A DNA stretch of 64,000 nt from Octopus vulgaris. Taxonomy: Eukaryota. The translations under genes were made by a program, and so were the position numbers. Location: assembly GCA_951406725.2 (NCBI GenBank), contig OX597839.1, positions 11,470,001 to 11,534,000 on the forward strand, read 5' to 3'. The notes under the pieces were generated by a model. It did no database searches. It was not told the origin of the DNA and was given only the letters and a program-made list of their open reading frames with translations. Shown here piece by piece: positions 27,675 through 40,674 of this stretch; the first letter of the stretch is position 1; each line of letters starts with the position of its first letter.

Positions 27675-27847
27675 TAATAATAACAATGATAATAATATTC
27701 TTGAGGGACATCTCCAAATTTAATGCTCTAATTAAGCATGCAAATGTTTTATCTGCTGTAGGAAGCATTTGTCTCATGAGGGACACAGCACATGATTCAT
27801 AAACTACACCACCCACGTCTTGCTTGGTTAGCTTAAGTAACACACAT

Positions 27848-27882
<35 letters not shown>

Positions 27883-28574
27883 CACACATACACCTCTTTC
27901 TGTGCCTGGGAGAACAGATAACATTGTCATCCTGTGTTCTGAGAGGAATTTAGCAATTTAGCTGGTCTAGAATGAGTGAAGGGAACCTGCATATGGTCTT
28001 TCTTTTTCTTTCTCTCTCTCTCTAGCTGTTAGAAATAACAGTCAGATCTACCAAAAGTCACACCTTCAAATCACACCTTTCCCTTAGGGATGGACATGTT
28101 GGATGGCACAGTCGTGGATGGATTCACAATGAGCAAAAAACTAGATGATCATATCTGGAATTGCCATCTTAGATTGTAGATAGGTCTACTCCTTCGGTGC
28201 TGACCTGGGGCTAAACCACAACAGCAGTAATGAAAACACAACACTGCACCAGCCTCTTTAAGGTTTCTTAACCTGCTAGATGTAGCAGCTAAATATATCT
28301 CAATTCATATCTTACCATTTAAAACTAAAATAATTCTAGATAACGAATTCCTAGACAGACTTATGTGTAGAAATTCGACTAAATGGTCATGGCTGGAACA
28401 TCCTTTGGTCATGTATCTGCTTGATCAGGATCCAGCTGGGACCAAACAACTGAAACAGCAACAAAATCAGCCTCTTTAAGGTTTCTTGATCTGCTAGATG
28501 TAGCAGCTAGATATCTCTCAGTTCATATCCTACTGTTTTAAAATCTAAAAAGAAAATTTTAAACTAGCAACATA

Positions 28575-28741
28575 TAGGCCCAGGAGTGGCTGCGTGGTAA
28601 GTAGCTTGTTTACCAACCACATGGTTCCAGGTTCAGTCCCACTGCGTGGCACCTTGGGCAAGTGTCTTCTACTATAGCCTTGGGCCAACCAAAGCCTTGT
28701 GAGTGGATTTGGTAGACGGAAACTGAAAGAAACCTGTCGTA

Positions 28742-28783
<42 letters not shown>

Positions 28784-29012
28784 TGTGTGTGTTTGTGTGT
28801 CTGTGTTTGTCCCCCTAGCATTGCTTGACAACCGATACTGGTGTGTTTATGTCCCCGTTACTTAGCGGTTCGGCAAAAAGAGACTGATAGAATAAGTACT
28901 GGGCTTACAAAAGAATAAGTCCCGGGGGGGTCCAGTTGCTCGATTAAAGGCGGTGCTCCAGCATGGCCGCAGTCAAATGACTGAAACAAGTAAAAGAGTA
29001 AAGAGTAGAGAG
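28575..29012 (+). mobile_element. SINE family A
   Basis: Full-length match. Confidence 0.85.
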
Positions 29013-29886
29013 TAAAGATAACGCAATCCAAGACAGGCATATATATCTAGAAATAGGACTGGATGGTCATCACTGGAACGTCTTTGGTCGTGTATCTTCT
29101 TGATCAGGGTCCACTTGGGACTGAACAATCATCACCGCCAATCTGCTCTGTTTATGGTTCCTGCATTAAACGCGTTCACACGTCCAGTAATTAACTCTTT
29201 TGTTCATTTACTCCATCTAACTCCAACGATCATCATCATCATCATCATCATCATACTATTTTACATACTCTTCTGCGTCTACCCCCTACAGTTACCCCTT
29301 CCATGCATACAACCCACTCTCTCTCCCTCACTTTCTATTTTTCTCTCTCCCCCTCCACATTTTCTCTAATGACTCTTTCAGTTGATTACTCGTTAGCTAA
29401 TGAGATTTTTTTCCTTTTTTTTCCCTTTAGATCTTTGGAGGGGGGGGATTTTTTTTTCTTTTTTCCCCCCCCTTGTTTAGTTTTATTTTATTTATCCGGT
29501 TTTTTTTCTTTGTATTTTTCCCCCCCTCCCCTGTTGTTTTCTTTCATTTCCTTTCATGAAACATTAAAATCATTATCACATGTTTACATAAGGAAATAAT
29601 AATAATAATAATGATAATAATAATATTAATAATAACTGCAAAAGAGAAAAATTATAATAAAAAAAGAAGAATACAGAAAAAGGAAAAAAAAGAAGTGTTG
29701 TAAATTACTTGTCTATTAAAGTGTTCCAAAGCATTTAAATGTGATCAATAAGCGGTGGAAATTTAGTGCAGATCTATACCATTGTCCTATCCTGTCCTGA
29801 GTGTTATGTAGACTTCCACCACCACCACCTCTCCTTACTCTGCCCATTGTGGTAATCTCATCCTGCTACCCCCGCCTCCATCCCTC

Positions 29887-29918
<32 letters not shown>

Positions 29919-29987
29919 CAGCGGGATGTCTCTCAGTTGTACTTGTTATTAAAAGATCAACATCGCTTCTTTTTTTATGGTGCTCAT

Positions 29988-30037
<50 letters not shown>

Positions 30038-30248
30038 CACTCACACACACACACTGATACAGAAACACATCAATAAATATATATGTATTCATACACAGAT
30101 ACTCAAACATAATTTTATATATATATATATATGTGTGTGTGTATTAATATATGTGTGTATATATATGTGTGTGTATATATGTATATATATATATGTGTGT
30201 GTATATATATATATATATATATGTGTGTATATATATATATGTATATAT

Positions 30249-30282
<34 letters not shown>

Positions 30283-30303
30283 TTATATATATGTGTGTGT
30301 GTA

Positions 30304-30339
<36 letters not shown>

Positions 30340-30560
30340 CACACACTCACACTGATACAGAAACACATCAATAAATATATATGTATTCATACACATATAC
30401 ACAAACATCATTATATATATATATATACACACACACACAAACATCAATATATATATAACAACGCACAAATATCAATATATGTGTATATGCACACATGCGT
30501 AAACATCGATATATATATATATACAAACATCAATATATACACACATAAGTACATCCACAA
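29988..30560. repeat. (TA)n/(TG)n compound microsatellite with an internal duplication
   Basis: Read directly. Confidence 0.9.
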
Positions 30561-31048
30561 AGTGTATATCTATATAAATAAAATAGTCTCGAGTGTGTCG
30601 ACTTCGATGAATCAATATTAAAACCTATCAGCTCGCCTTTGGTTGCGGTTTGTTGCAACGATTTCAGCTCAGCGCTGGCCATTGTCCATTTGTATAGTGA
30701 CATCATTGTCTTGCTTCATCATTAATGACTTGAGCTGGCGGCCTAGCATTCATATACGAAAGGTGAGCTGGTACAATATGGTGTCTCATTGTTTAGTGTG
30801 CGTATCACTTGACACAGGTATCAATATTCTGCTTAGAAAGCTTGTATTACAGGTTTAACATTGCTTTGGCACTTTTCTTCTTTATTTTTGTCTTCTTTTA
30901 AACTATTATGTGACAATCTGTTTGCTCTGCAATCCTCTCACAAGGACTGGTCACTAACCTGTGCCATTTCTGTTAGAGTATAAAGGTTGCTGTTGTCGGG
31001 CATAGGAGTAGCTGTGTGGTAAGTAGCTTGCTTACAAACCACGTGATT

Positions 31049-31857
31049 CAAATGAGAGAACAGAGTACATAGGATCCTCAAACGAGAGAACAGAGTACGT
31101 AGGATCCTCAGACGAGAGAACAGAGTACGTAGGATCCTCAGACGAGAGAACAGAGTATGTAGGATCCTCAGGCGAGAGAACAGAGTACGTAGGATCCTCA
31201 GGCGAGAGAACAGAGTACGTAGGATCCTCAGACGAGAGAACAGAGTACGTAGGTCCCTCAGACGAGAGAACAGAGTACGTAGGATCCTCAGACGAGAGAA
31301 CAGAGTACATAGGATCCGCAAACGAGAGAACAGAGTACGTAGGATCCTCAAGCGAGAGAACAGAGTATGTATGATCCTCAGACGAGAGAACAGAGTACGT
31401 AGGACCCTCAGACGAGAGAACAGAGTACATAGGATCCTCAGACAAGAGAACAGAGTATGTAGGATCCTCAGACGAGAGAACAGAGTACGTAGGATCCTCA
31501 GATGAGAGAACAGATTACGTAGGATCCTCAGACGAGAGAACAGAGTATGTCGGATCCTCAAACGAGAGAACAGAGTACGTAGGATCCACAAACGAGAGAA
31601 CAGAGTACGTAGGATCCTCAAACGAGAGGACAGAGTACGTAGGATCCTCAAACGAGAGAACAGAGTGCATAGGATCCTCAGACGAGAGAACAGAGTACGT
31701 AGGATCCTCAGACGAGAGAACAGAGTACGTAGGATCCTCAGACGAGAGAACAGAGTACGTAGGATCCTCAGATGAGAGAACAGAGTATGTAGGATCCTCA
31801 GACGAGAGAACAGAGTACGTAGGATCCTCAAACGAGAGAACAGAGTACGTAGGATCC
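31049..31857. repeat. Minisatellite, 27 x 30 bp (CAGACGAGAGAACAGAGTACGTAGGATCCT)
   Basis: Exact 30-nt period, no indels, 0-2 substitutions per unit. Confidence 0.97.
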
Positions 31858-32159
31858 AATCTTGGAAAATGAAGCAACATGACCAAACGGTCTGATCTAA
31901 CACTCTTGAATCATGCAGATAACAGTACACATTCCAGTTTCTGAGTATAGTCCTTGGTTGGATAAAAAATCCAACGATAGCCTATAATCCTGCAAAGTGT
32001 CCTGGTATCAAAGTATTATGAAATTGACCTAAATTAAAATTTTGTATTTACATTTCATCTTAATTTTTCTTCCAAATACCAAATTCATGAAGACAAAGTT
32101 ATTTTACTAAATTCTTCCCGTACACCCACTGTTGTGTGTATGTTTGTATGTATGTGTGC

Positions 32160-32201
<42 letters not shown>

Positions 32202-32203
<2 letters not shown>

Positions 32204-32410
32204 CATTCAAAATGTGACCGTGTGTGTTTACTGTTAGCGATTTTTTTTTTCCTCCGTCTTCCCTTCTTTGGATCTTTCCTTTTCCTATGTTTCTGACGAA
32301 GAGCTCCGCTCGAAACGTTAGACCCTCCTTCTTTCCTGAGTGTTCAATAACACTATACTTGTTCCACGTCCTCGCGTTGTTGTTTTCTCTTTGTGTTTTC
32401 ATGTTTGGAT

Positions 32411-32414
<4 letters not shown>
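32202..32414 (+). mobile_element. Short Penelope-like (pLTR-type) element embedded in (TA)n
   Basis: (TA)n on both sides; contains a hammerhead core; reverse copy at 41102-41310. Confidence 0.65.
32288..32324 (+). ncRNA. Minimal type I hammerhead ribozyme motif
   Basis: CTGACGA-a-GAGC-tcc-GCTC-GAAAC-GTTA: both conserved core boxes, 4-bp stem II, palindromic AACGTT stem III. Confidence 0.62.
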
Positions 32415-32475
<61 letters not shown>

Positions 32476-33074
32476 GCACACACACTGCAAGAAATATCAA
32501 CCAAATTCTTGCAAATCACAGCCTGCCATCTTAAAACAGGAATACTCACTAGTCCTAGATATATAAAAAGACGGAATGGTCGTGGCTGGAATGCCTTTCT
32601 TCAAAGGTCCTGCCTATAGCCAGCTATACAACAACATGCAGTCATTACCCCAGTATCTCATAGCTGCTTCATGAACCCTGCCACCTTGTACAGTCACATC
32701 TCACGAATGCCACCACCTTGTATAGTCACATCTTCTCCAGCACTTTGTATAATCACACGGTTCTGTACCGCCGTAGACATGTTATTCAATCTCAGCCTAA
32801 TTAGCTTGCTGTTAATAAATAAAGCCACATGTTTATGTCTATATTTCAGGAGCTAAATCACCACACACCCACATTATCTCTGACTGCTAATTAGTTTTAA
32901 TTAGCTTCAGCGCTAAGTTTTCACTGATGATGCTCTATATTATGTATTAATTGCTTGCTAGATAAGCCTGGTGATATCATGCGTAGACTCTTCCTTCCTG
33001 TAGAATTAGTCTCCTAACCTTATATATATAAATGATACAGTTCCTGTAGGAACCCTTTGTGTGTGTAAAAGGGG

Positions 33075-33292
33075 AGAGAGAGAGGGCTGTAAAGTTCCTG
33101 GCTTTGGGTAAAAGAAAATAAACGAGGATCAGTTAATTATGATTTTTATTCAAAATATTCTCCTCACATATTTACACATTCATTGCAATGGTCCTTCAGT
33201 TTTTCTAAACCCTGTAAAAGAAATTGGAAGGGTGGGCCTCTAACCAGGCTTTTTGTGATACCCTTAAGGCCAGAAAACTTTCAGCTCCCCTC
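33075..33292 (-). mobile_element. Mariner-derived MITE
   Basis: AAAGTTCCTGGCTTT TIR core; internal sequence is the reverse complement of the copies at 47.2 and 47.8 kb. Confidence 0.65.
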
Positions 33293-33307
33293 ATATATAT
33301 GTGTGTG

Positions 33308-33590
33308 TCATCATCATCATCATCATCATCGTCATCAATTAACGTCTCCTTTCCATGCTAGCATGGGTTGGACGATTTTGACTGAGGGCTGGCGAACCAG
33401 ATGGCTGCACCAGGCTCCAATCTTGATCTGGCAGAGTTTCTACAGCTGGTTGCCCTTCCTAACGCCAACCACTCCGAGAGTGTAGTGGGTGCTTTTTACA
33501 TGCCACCGGCACAGGGGCCAGTCAGGCGGTACTGGTAACGACCACGCTCGAATCTTTTACACATGCCACTGGCACAGGTGCCAGTAAGGC
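33308..33590 (-). mobile_element. SINE-like family D
   Basis: (CAT)n followed by the family core. Confidence 0.75.
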
Positions 33591-33831
33591 GAACTACAGG
33601 TATATTCACACACACACATGCTCTTGCAGGCAAACATAAACATACACACATGCATGTATGCAATCACCTACATGCCCACTTAGTATATTTCTGAAGATTC
33701 TGCTGGATGAGATACAGAAAGTGAAAGATGCAAAGCTTATTCTCAATGGTCAAAATGCCGCAAAGCATTCTGCCCAGCATAGTAAAAATTCTACCTGCTT
33801 ACCACCTTAATAATAATGATAATAATAGTTG

Positions 33832-34065
33832 AAGGCAGCGAGCTGGCAGAAACGTTAGCCTGCCAGGCGAAATGCGTAGCCGTATTTCGTCTGCCGTTAC
33901 GTTCTGGGTTCAAATTCCACCGAGGTCGACTTTGCCTTTCATCCTTTCGGGGTCGATAATTAAGTACCAGTTACGCACTGGGGTCGATGTAATTGACTTA
34001 ATCCGTTTGTCTGTCCTTGTTTGTCCCCTCTGTGTTTAGCTCCTTGTGGGTAGTAAAGAAATAAA
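33832..34065 (+). mobile_element. SINE family C
   Basis: Full-length match. Confidence 0.82.
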
Positions 34066-34361
34066 TAATGATATAACAGTTTCAAATTTTGGCACAAGGC
34101 CAGCAGTTGGGGGGGGGGTTAAATCAATTATGTCAAGCCCGGTGTCCAACTGGTACTTATTTTATTGATCCCCAAAAGAACAAAAGGCAAAGTCAACTTC
34201 GGCAGAATTTGAACTCACAACATAAATATGGGCAAAATACCAATAACCATTTCGTCCAGTGTGTTAACAACTGTGCCAGCTCACTGCCTTAATAATAATA
34301 ATAATAATTATAACAATAATAATAATGATAATAGTAATAATAATAATAATAATAATAATTT

Positions 34362-34591
34362 ATTTCTTTATTGCCCACAGGGGGCTAAACATAGAGGGGA
34401 TAAACAAGGACAGACAAAGGGATTAAGTCGATTACATCGGCCCCAGTGCGAAACTGGTATTTATTTAATCGACCCCGAAAGGATGAAAGGCAAAGTTAAC
34501 CTCGGCGGAATTTGAACTCAGAACGTAACGGCAGACGAAATACCGCTAAGCATTTCGCCCGGCGCACTAACGATTCTGCCAGCTTGCCACC

Positions 34592-34593
<2 letters not shown>
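34362..34593 (-). mobile_element. SINE family C
   Basis: Full-length reverse match; within (AAT)n. Confidence 0.82.
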
Positions 34594-34635
<42 letters not shown>

Positions 34636-35191
34636 TTATTGCCCCAAGAGTGATGGGTGAAAGAGCTTTACAAAGATACTTTAAAGGAATGTTAGAGGTG
34701 GGGGTGGAAGATGAGGGAAAATTATAATAACGATCATGATAATAGATAGTAATAATAAAAATGATAATAATAATTTCTGTTTGCCATGGGGACATCAAAT
34801 TAAAGGGATATTATAATATTATAGATACAGCTTTCATAAAATATGAGCAGGTGATGGTGGTGGTCAGGGGGCGGTTACATAGAAATCATATTTGGAGAAA
34901 GAAACTGAAGGAGAATGTGATGGTGGTGGTGGTGTAGGTGGTGGCGGTGGTTGTGGTGGTTAAACTAAAACCATGGTTCTTTTTAATGTCTTGTTTTGAA
35001 TGCCAAACTATTGGAAACCTGGCTGTGTGATAAATCTTTTGACTGCTAGCAACTGGATGGATCCCTGGCTGTGTAATAAAATTTACTTCACACACAAATG
35101 CACACACACACACACACTCTCTCTCTGTCTCTCTCTCTCTCTCACATACAGATGTTTGTGTATGCATGTGTGGATGTGTGTATATATATAT

Positions 35192-35224
<33 letters not shown>

Positions 35225-35272
35225 CACACATATATATACACACACATATATATATATAGACATATATATATA

Positions 35273-35344
<72 letters not shown>

Positions 35345-35524
35345 CATATATATATATATATACACACACACATATATATAGACATATATATATATATACA
35401 TGCATATACATGCATACATACACATATACACACACACATATATATATATAGACAGTAAATCAACCTGGCTGGCTTTTTTAAAATCCTATTTACCTTGCAG
35501 CTACCTAATTAGTGCTATACTGTT

Positions 35525-35558
<34 letters not shown>

Positions 35559-36354
35559 TGATGATGCTGATAATAATAATAATAATAATAATAGTTAATC
35601 ATAATAATGTTCAATGACAACTTTGATAGATAAATACACACTGTTGTTGTTGTTGTTGCCTCTAGGCCTGGCCAGCTTATTGTTTATTCAGCTTGAACTG
35701 ATGTACTAAGATAATTGGTAACATCAAGACTTGTCTCTCTCCCTCTATACTCTGCTCTGCTGCCACCAGCCCCAGCATCACCGCCTCCATTGTCCTGATC
35801 ATCATCTTCCTCCTCCTCTTCCTCTTCTGTGCCTCCAGCTCACCATTAACACTGGTGTGATGATTGTGGAAGCAATGTTCAAGAGAAACAGAGGGATGGA
35901 GATGATGCAGACATCATGCTTCCATAACATGCTCTCTAAGCCCCCCAAAGAACCACTGATGGTGTGTTGATAAGTACAGCTCCTTAACCTCCCCCCTCCT
36001 CCCACCAAGAAGCTACATGACAGTAGTGGTGGTGGTGGTGGTGGTGGTGGTGGTAGTTGGGTTGGTGGTGGTCTGTACTTAGTGACACCAACACTGTCTT
36101 CAGTTCCTTGTATAGCCTCATCCATCCAGGAACTGCTTACTCATTCTTCTTGGAAGCTTTCTTTGGTGGTAACAATGCACACAGTGTGTTAGAAATAGCA
36201 GCCAAGTGTCTCTCAAGTCATACCCTATGACTTTTAAACAAAAGATTTGTTGGGGAGAAAATTGTCAAGTATTCCTGACATACAGAAAGACAGGATAGTC
36301 ATAGCTAGAAGGCCTCCCCATCCAGAATCTCCTCCTCCTTCCCTTCCATCTCCT

Positions 36355-36773
36355 GGATCTTTTCGGTTTGAACGGCAGTTTTTTTCTAGTGGTGTCATAT
36401 GAAATTGTCACCCATAATTATGACCTTAGAATCGATCTATTGCATTTCAATCTGTTTTAGGGTTAGGGTTAGGGGTGGGGGCAAGGGTATCTTTTTTACT
36501 TCACAAATGTAAATAAACCCAATCTGTTTCTTAAACGAGGGATATATTCATATGGCACAGAATGTTTTTTACCTCAATGGACGTCATTGATTGGTTGAAA
36601 TTGCAGAAATTGAAGAAAAAAAACAACAAATATCTTACAAACTATAGAATTTTTTCAATAAAGCCAAGAGAAAAAGATGTTTTATAAACACATTCTACCA
36701 GTATACAAAGTTTAAAATTTTTTAGTTACCTAGAAATTATGTTAAAAAACTGCCGTTCAAACCGAAAAGATCC
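36355..36773 (+). mobile_element. ~420-bp MITE copy 4
   Basis: Same TIRs; TSD catctcct/catcttct. Confidence 0.9.
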
Positions 36774-36924
36774 CATCTTCTTCACATCTGTGTTCATATT
36801 CTGTCCTCTTCTAAAACAAAATCTGTGAAGCATAAGACAGAACGAGTACTGCAAATGGCCTTGTGCTAAACTTTGAAAGGATTATTATTGTTATTATTAT
36901 CATCACCATTATCCAATTTAAATT

Positions 36925-37383
36925 GGTGAACTAGCAGAATTATTGGCATGCAGGACAAAATACTAAGTGGCATATTGTCCATCTTTATGTTCTGAGTTCA
37001 AATTCCACCAAGGTTGACCTTGGCCTTTCATCCTTTTGGAGTCAATAAATTAAGTACCATTGAAACACTGGGGTCGATGTAATCAACTAGTCTTCTCCCT
37101 CCCCCCCCCCAAAAAAAAATTTCAGGCCTTGTGCCTTTAGTAGAAAGGATTATTATTATTATTATTATTAAGGCAGCGTGCTGGCAGAATCGTTTGCATG
37201 CCAGGCAAGATGCGTAGCTGCATTTTGTCCATCGTTACATTCCGAGTTCAAATTCTGCCAAAGTCGACTTTGCTTTCATCCTTTCGGGTTCAATAAATTA
37301 AGTACTAGTGACATTTTGGGGGTCAATGTAATCAACTAGTCCCCTCTCCCAAAACACCAGGCCTTGTGCTGATAATAAAAAGG

Positions 37384-37385
<2 letters not shown>
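36925..37385 (+). mobile_element. Two tandem family C SINEs with (ATT)n tails
   Basis: Family motifs occur twice. Confidence 0.72.
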
Positions 37386-37439
<54 letters not shown>

Positions 37440-37442
<3 letters not shown>

Positions 37443-37703
37443 TTGTTTAACGTCCGTTTTCCATGCTAGCATGGGTCGGACAGTTCAACTGGGGTCTGGG
37501 AAGCCAGAAGGCAGCACCAGGCCCAGTCTGATCTGGCAGTGTTTCTACAGCTGGATGCCCTTCCTAACGCCAACCACTCCATGAGCGTAGTGGGTGCTTT
37601 TTACATGCCACCTGCACAGGTGCCAGACGAGGCTGGCAAACGGCCACGATCGGATGGTGCTTTTTACGTGCCACTGGCACGGAGGCCAGTCAGGGCGGTA
37701 TCA
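37440..37703 (-). mobile_element. SINE-like family D
   Basis: Family core. Confidence 0.75.
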
Positions 37704-37829
37704 TTATTATTATTGTTATTATTATTATTATTCACTTTAAGTTGGTGAACTGACAGAATTGTTAGCATGCAAGACAATGGCTTACTGGTTGTGAAGTGGT
37801 GGTGGGGGACAAACACAGATGCAAAAGCA

Positions 37830-37862
<33 letters not shown>

Positions 37863-38329
37863 CACCACCACTGACTTCTTTTCTCAGTTCTTGTCTATCA
37901 AATTCACTCACAAGGCTTTGGTTGGCCCAAGCAGTTCAGCAAAAGGGACTGATAAAATAAGTACCAGCCTAAAAAAAAAATGCTGGGGTTAGTTCATTCA
38001 ACTAAAAATTCCTTAAGGTGTTGCCCCAGCATGGCTGCAGTCTAATGATTGAAACAAGTAAGATAAAAGATCTCTGCCTATCAAGTAATCCATCTATCTG
38101 TCTACCCACACATCTCACCTACAAGCGTGTACCTCTTACCTACCTTTCTATCTACCCATACATTTACCTACCTGTCTAGCTATTTATGAACATGCCTATT
38201 TAAATACCTGCATATCCACCCACCAACCTACCCACCCTCTCAACTATCTATATAGGTCCAGTATCTATTTGTATATAAATGCTATCCCCCCTTTCTCTCC
38301 TATCAAGCATCTAAACTGTGTGTATGTGT

Positions 38330-38396
<67 letters not shown>

Positions 38397-38564
38397 TGCA
38401 TACATGTATATTTTTACATACACCACTATCATCAATCTTTAGTTGTTATAATACTCACCAGATGTCTCTGTAATGCAGTAATCTCCATGGCAGCCAACAG
38501 CTACACTCCCACCCCACTCTTACATAATGACACACAGACTTTATTATTATTATTATTATCATTA

Positions 38565-38596
<32 letters not shown>

Positions 38597-39397
38597 GTTA
38601 TTATTATTGTTATTATTATTATCCAACACAGCACTGCTCTGCCAATGTTTTTAATTAGATGTCTTGCCTGGTGCACTGTGCAGATGGCCGTTGCAATATG
38701 CACTTGCACTGAATGGACGGGTGAAGGGTGGTGTAGGGGCGGGTGGGTATGTGTCTCCACCTCCGGCTTACATTTGTGACCTTTTCCTTACAGTTCAACT
38801 ACTGCCACGCTGCCACAGCCACCGCCACAGTTCAACTGTAGGCCATACCACTGCAACCATAGTTTAACTAAAAACCCACCATCGCACAACCACCACTATC
38901 ACACCACCCTCAACTGCTGTGCTATCCTGCACCCACACACCACCTCACCACCACCACCACCACCACACATCATTCTTTGTTATTGAAACCATTCCTTGAA
39001 TACAATATATCATAATGATATGGTACTGTTGTTGTTCTCTTAGCTCAGGACTTGTGTGTATGATGCTGGTAGTGTTTAGGGCATCAGCTTTGTGTGTGTG
39101 TGTGTGTGTAAGCATTGAATATTACATCTACGAGCTTAAAGCGGGGGTGCTGGTATTTGTCTACGTAAGTCTGAGTGAGAGACAGAGAGATACAAACGGT
39201 TGAATTCCCTTTGGCATGCTGTATTTGCCAGAGCAAAAAACCAAATTTAATATGTTTCATCATAGTTGCAGGCAAGGCTGTGTGGTAAGAAGCTTGCTTC
39301 CCAACCACATGGTTCCAGGTTCAGTCCCACTACCTGGTACATTGGGCAAGTGTCTTCTACTATAGCATCAGGCCGACCAAAGCCTTGTGAGTGGATT

Positions 39398-39430
<33 letters not shown>

Positions 39431-40674
39431 TGTCCGTTTTCCATGCTAGCATGGATTGGACAGTTCGACCGGGGTCTGGGAAACCAGGAGGCTGCACCAG
39501 GCCCAGTCTGATCTGGCAGAGTTTCTACAGCTGGATGCCCTTCCTAACACCAACCACTCCGTGAGTGTAGTGGGTGCTTTTTACGTGCCACCGGAACAGG
39601 GGCCAGATGAGGCTGGCAAACAGCCACAACCGGTTGGTGCTTTTACATGTCACCAACACATATATTTTGGTAGATGGAAACTGAAAGAAGCTTGTCGTGT
39701 TTGCCCCCACCGCCACCACCACCATCACTTGACATCTGTTGTTGGTGTGTTTGCATATACAGCACTGGTTCATTTTAATTGAAAATGGCTTGTGAGTGTT
39801 GAGAAGTTTGCTTTGCAATAATGGTTTGATCTCGCTATGTGGTGTCTTGAGCAAGTGTCTTATACTACAGTCTTGGATCGAACCAAGCATGGTTAAGAAG
39901 TTTGCTTCCTATCCATGTGGTTTTGGGTTCAATACCTTTGTGTGGAACCTTGGGCAAGTGTTTTCTAGTATAGCCCCATGTATATGTCCTAACTGTACTG
40001 TATGTATGTTGATATTGGTGAAAGAACTAACCTCAGGCATGTGTATGCATTGTTAGTTATTGATATGAGCATGTGTAACACAATGGCAGATAATGAGAAT
40101 AAGGGAGGCTTATGGGTGGCAGGCAGAAACATTAGCAAGCCAGGCAAAATGCTTATCAGTATTTCGTCTGTGAGTTCAAATTCTGCCAAGGTCGACTTTG
40201 CCTTTCATCCTTTCTGGGTCATTAAATTAAGTACCAGTTACGCACTGTAATCGACTTAATACCTATGTCTGTCCTTGTTTGTCCCCTCTGTGTTGTTTAG
40301 CCTCTTGTGGGTAATAAAGAAATAAGTATCCAGGGAGAGTTGATTTCAGGTCAGGGAATTTACCACAGAGGGGACCTTTTAAATAAATCTTGTTACCTGA
40401 TGTTTCCTTTAGAATTTAAGAATTTCTTTCCTTCCCACTAAGACTAACAGGATGTCAGAGAGAGAGAAAGAGAGAGAGAGAGAGGGGGGCAGGATGGGTA
40501 GGAGCTGAGGTCACTCCCACTGTTATAAGCAGCAACACTTCAGAGGGAGAGAAGAAAAGAAAAAGGCCACTTGAGAGAGCCAGACTGACAACAAAAGGAC
40601 ACTATAGAACAATTGACCTTCTTCAGTGGAAACTGTCTTGTGTCTATTTAAACATACTTACAGTCAAGAAAGAC

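Noticed and set aside
30568-30945. Second Helitron (TCTATATAAATAAAA start)
   Set aside because: No 3' hairpin plus CTRR terminus found
31049-31857. CRISPR array, or a 330-aa repeat protein gene
   Set aside because: Units are contiguous with no unique spacers, the context is eukaryotic and no cas genes are present; the ORF follows from a stop-free 30-nt unit and runs into a SINE
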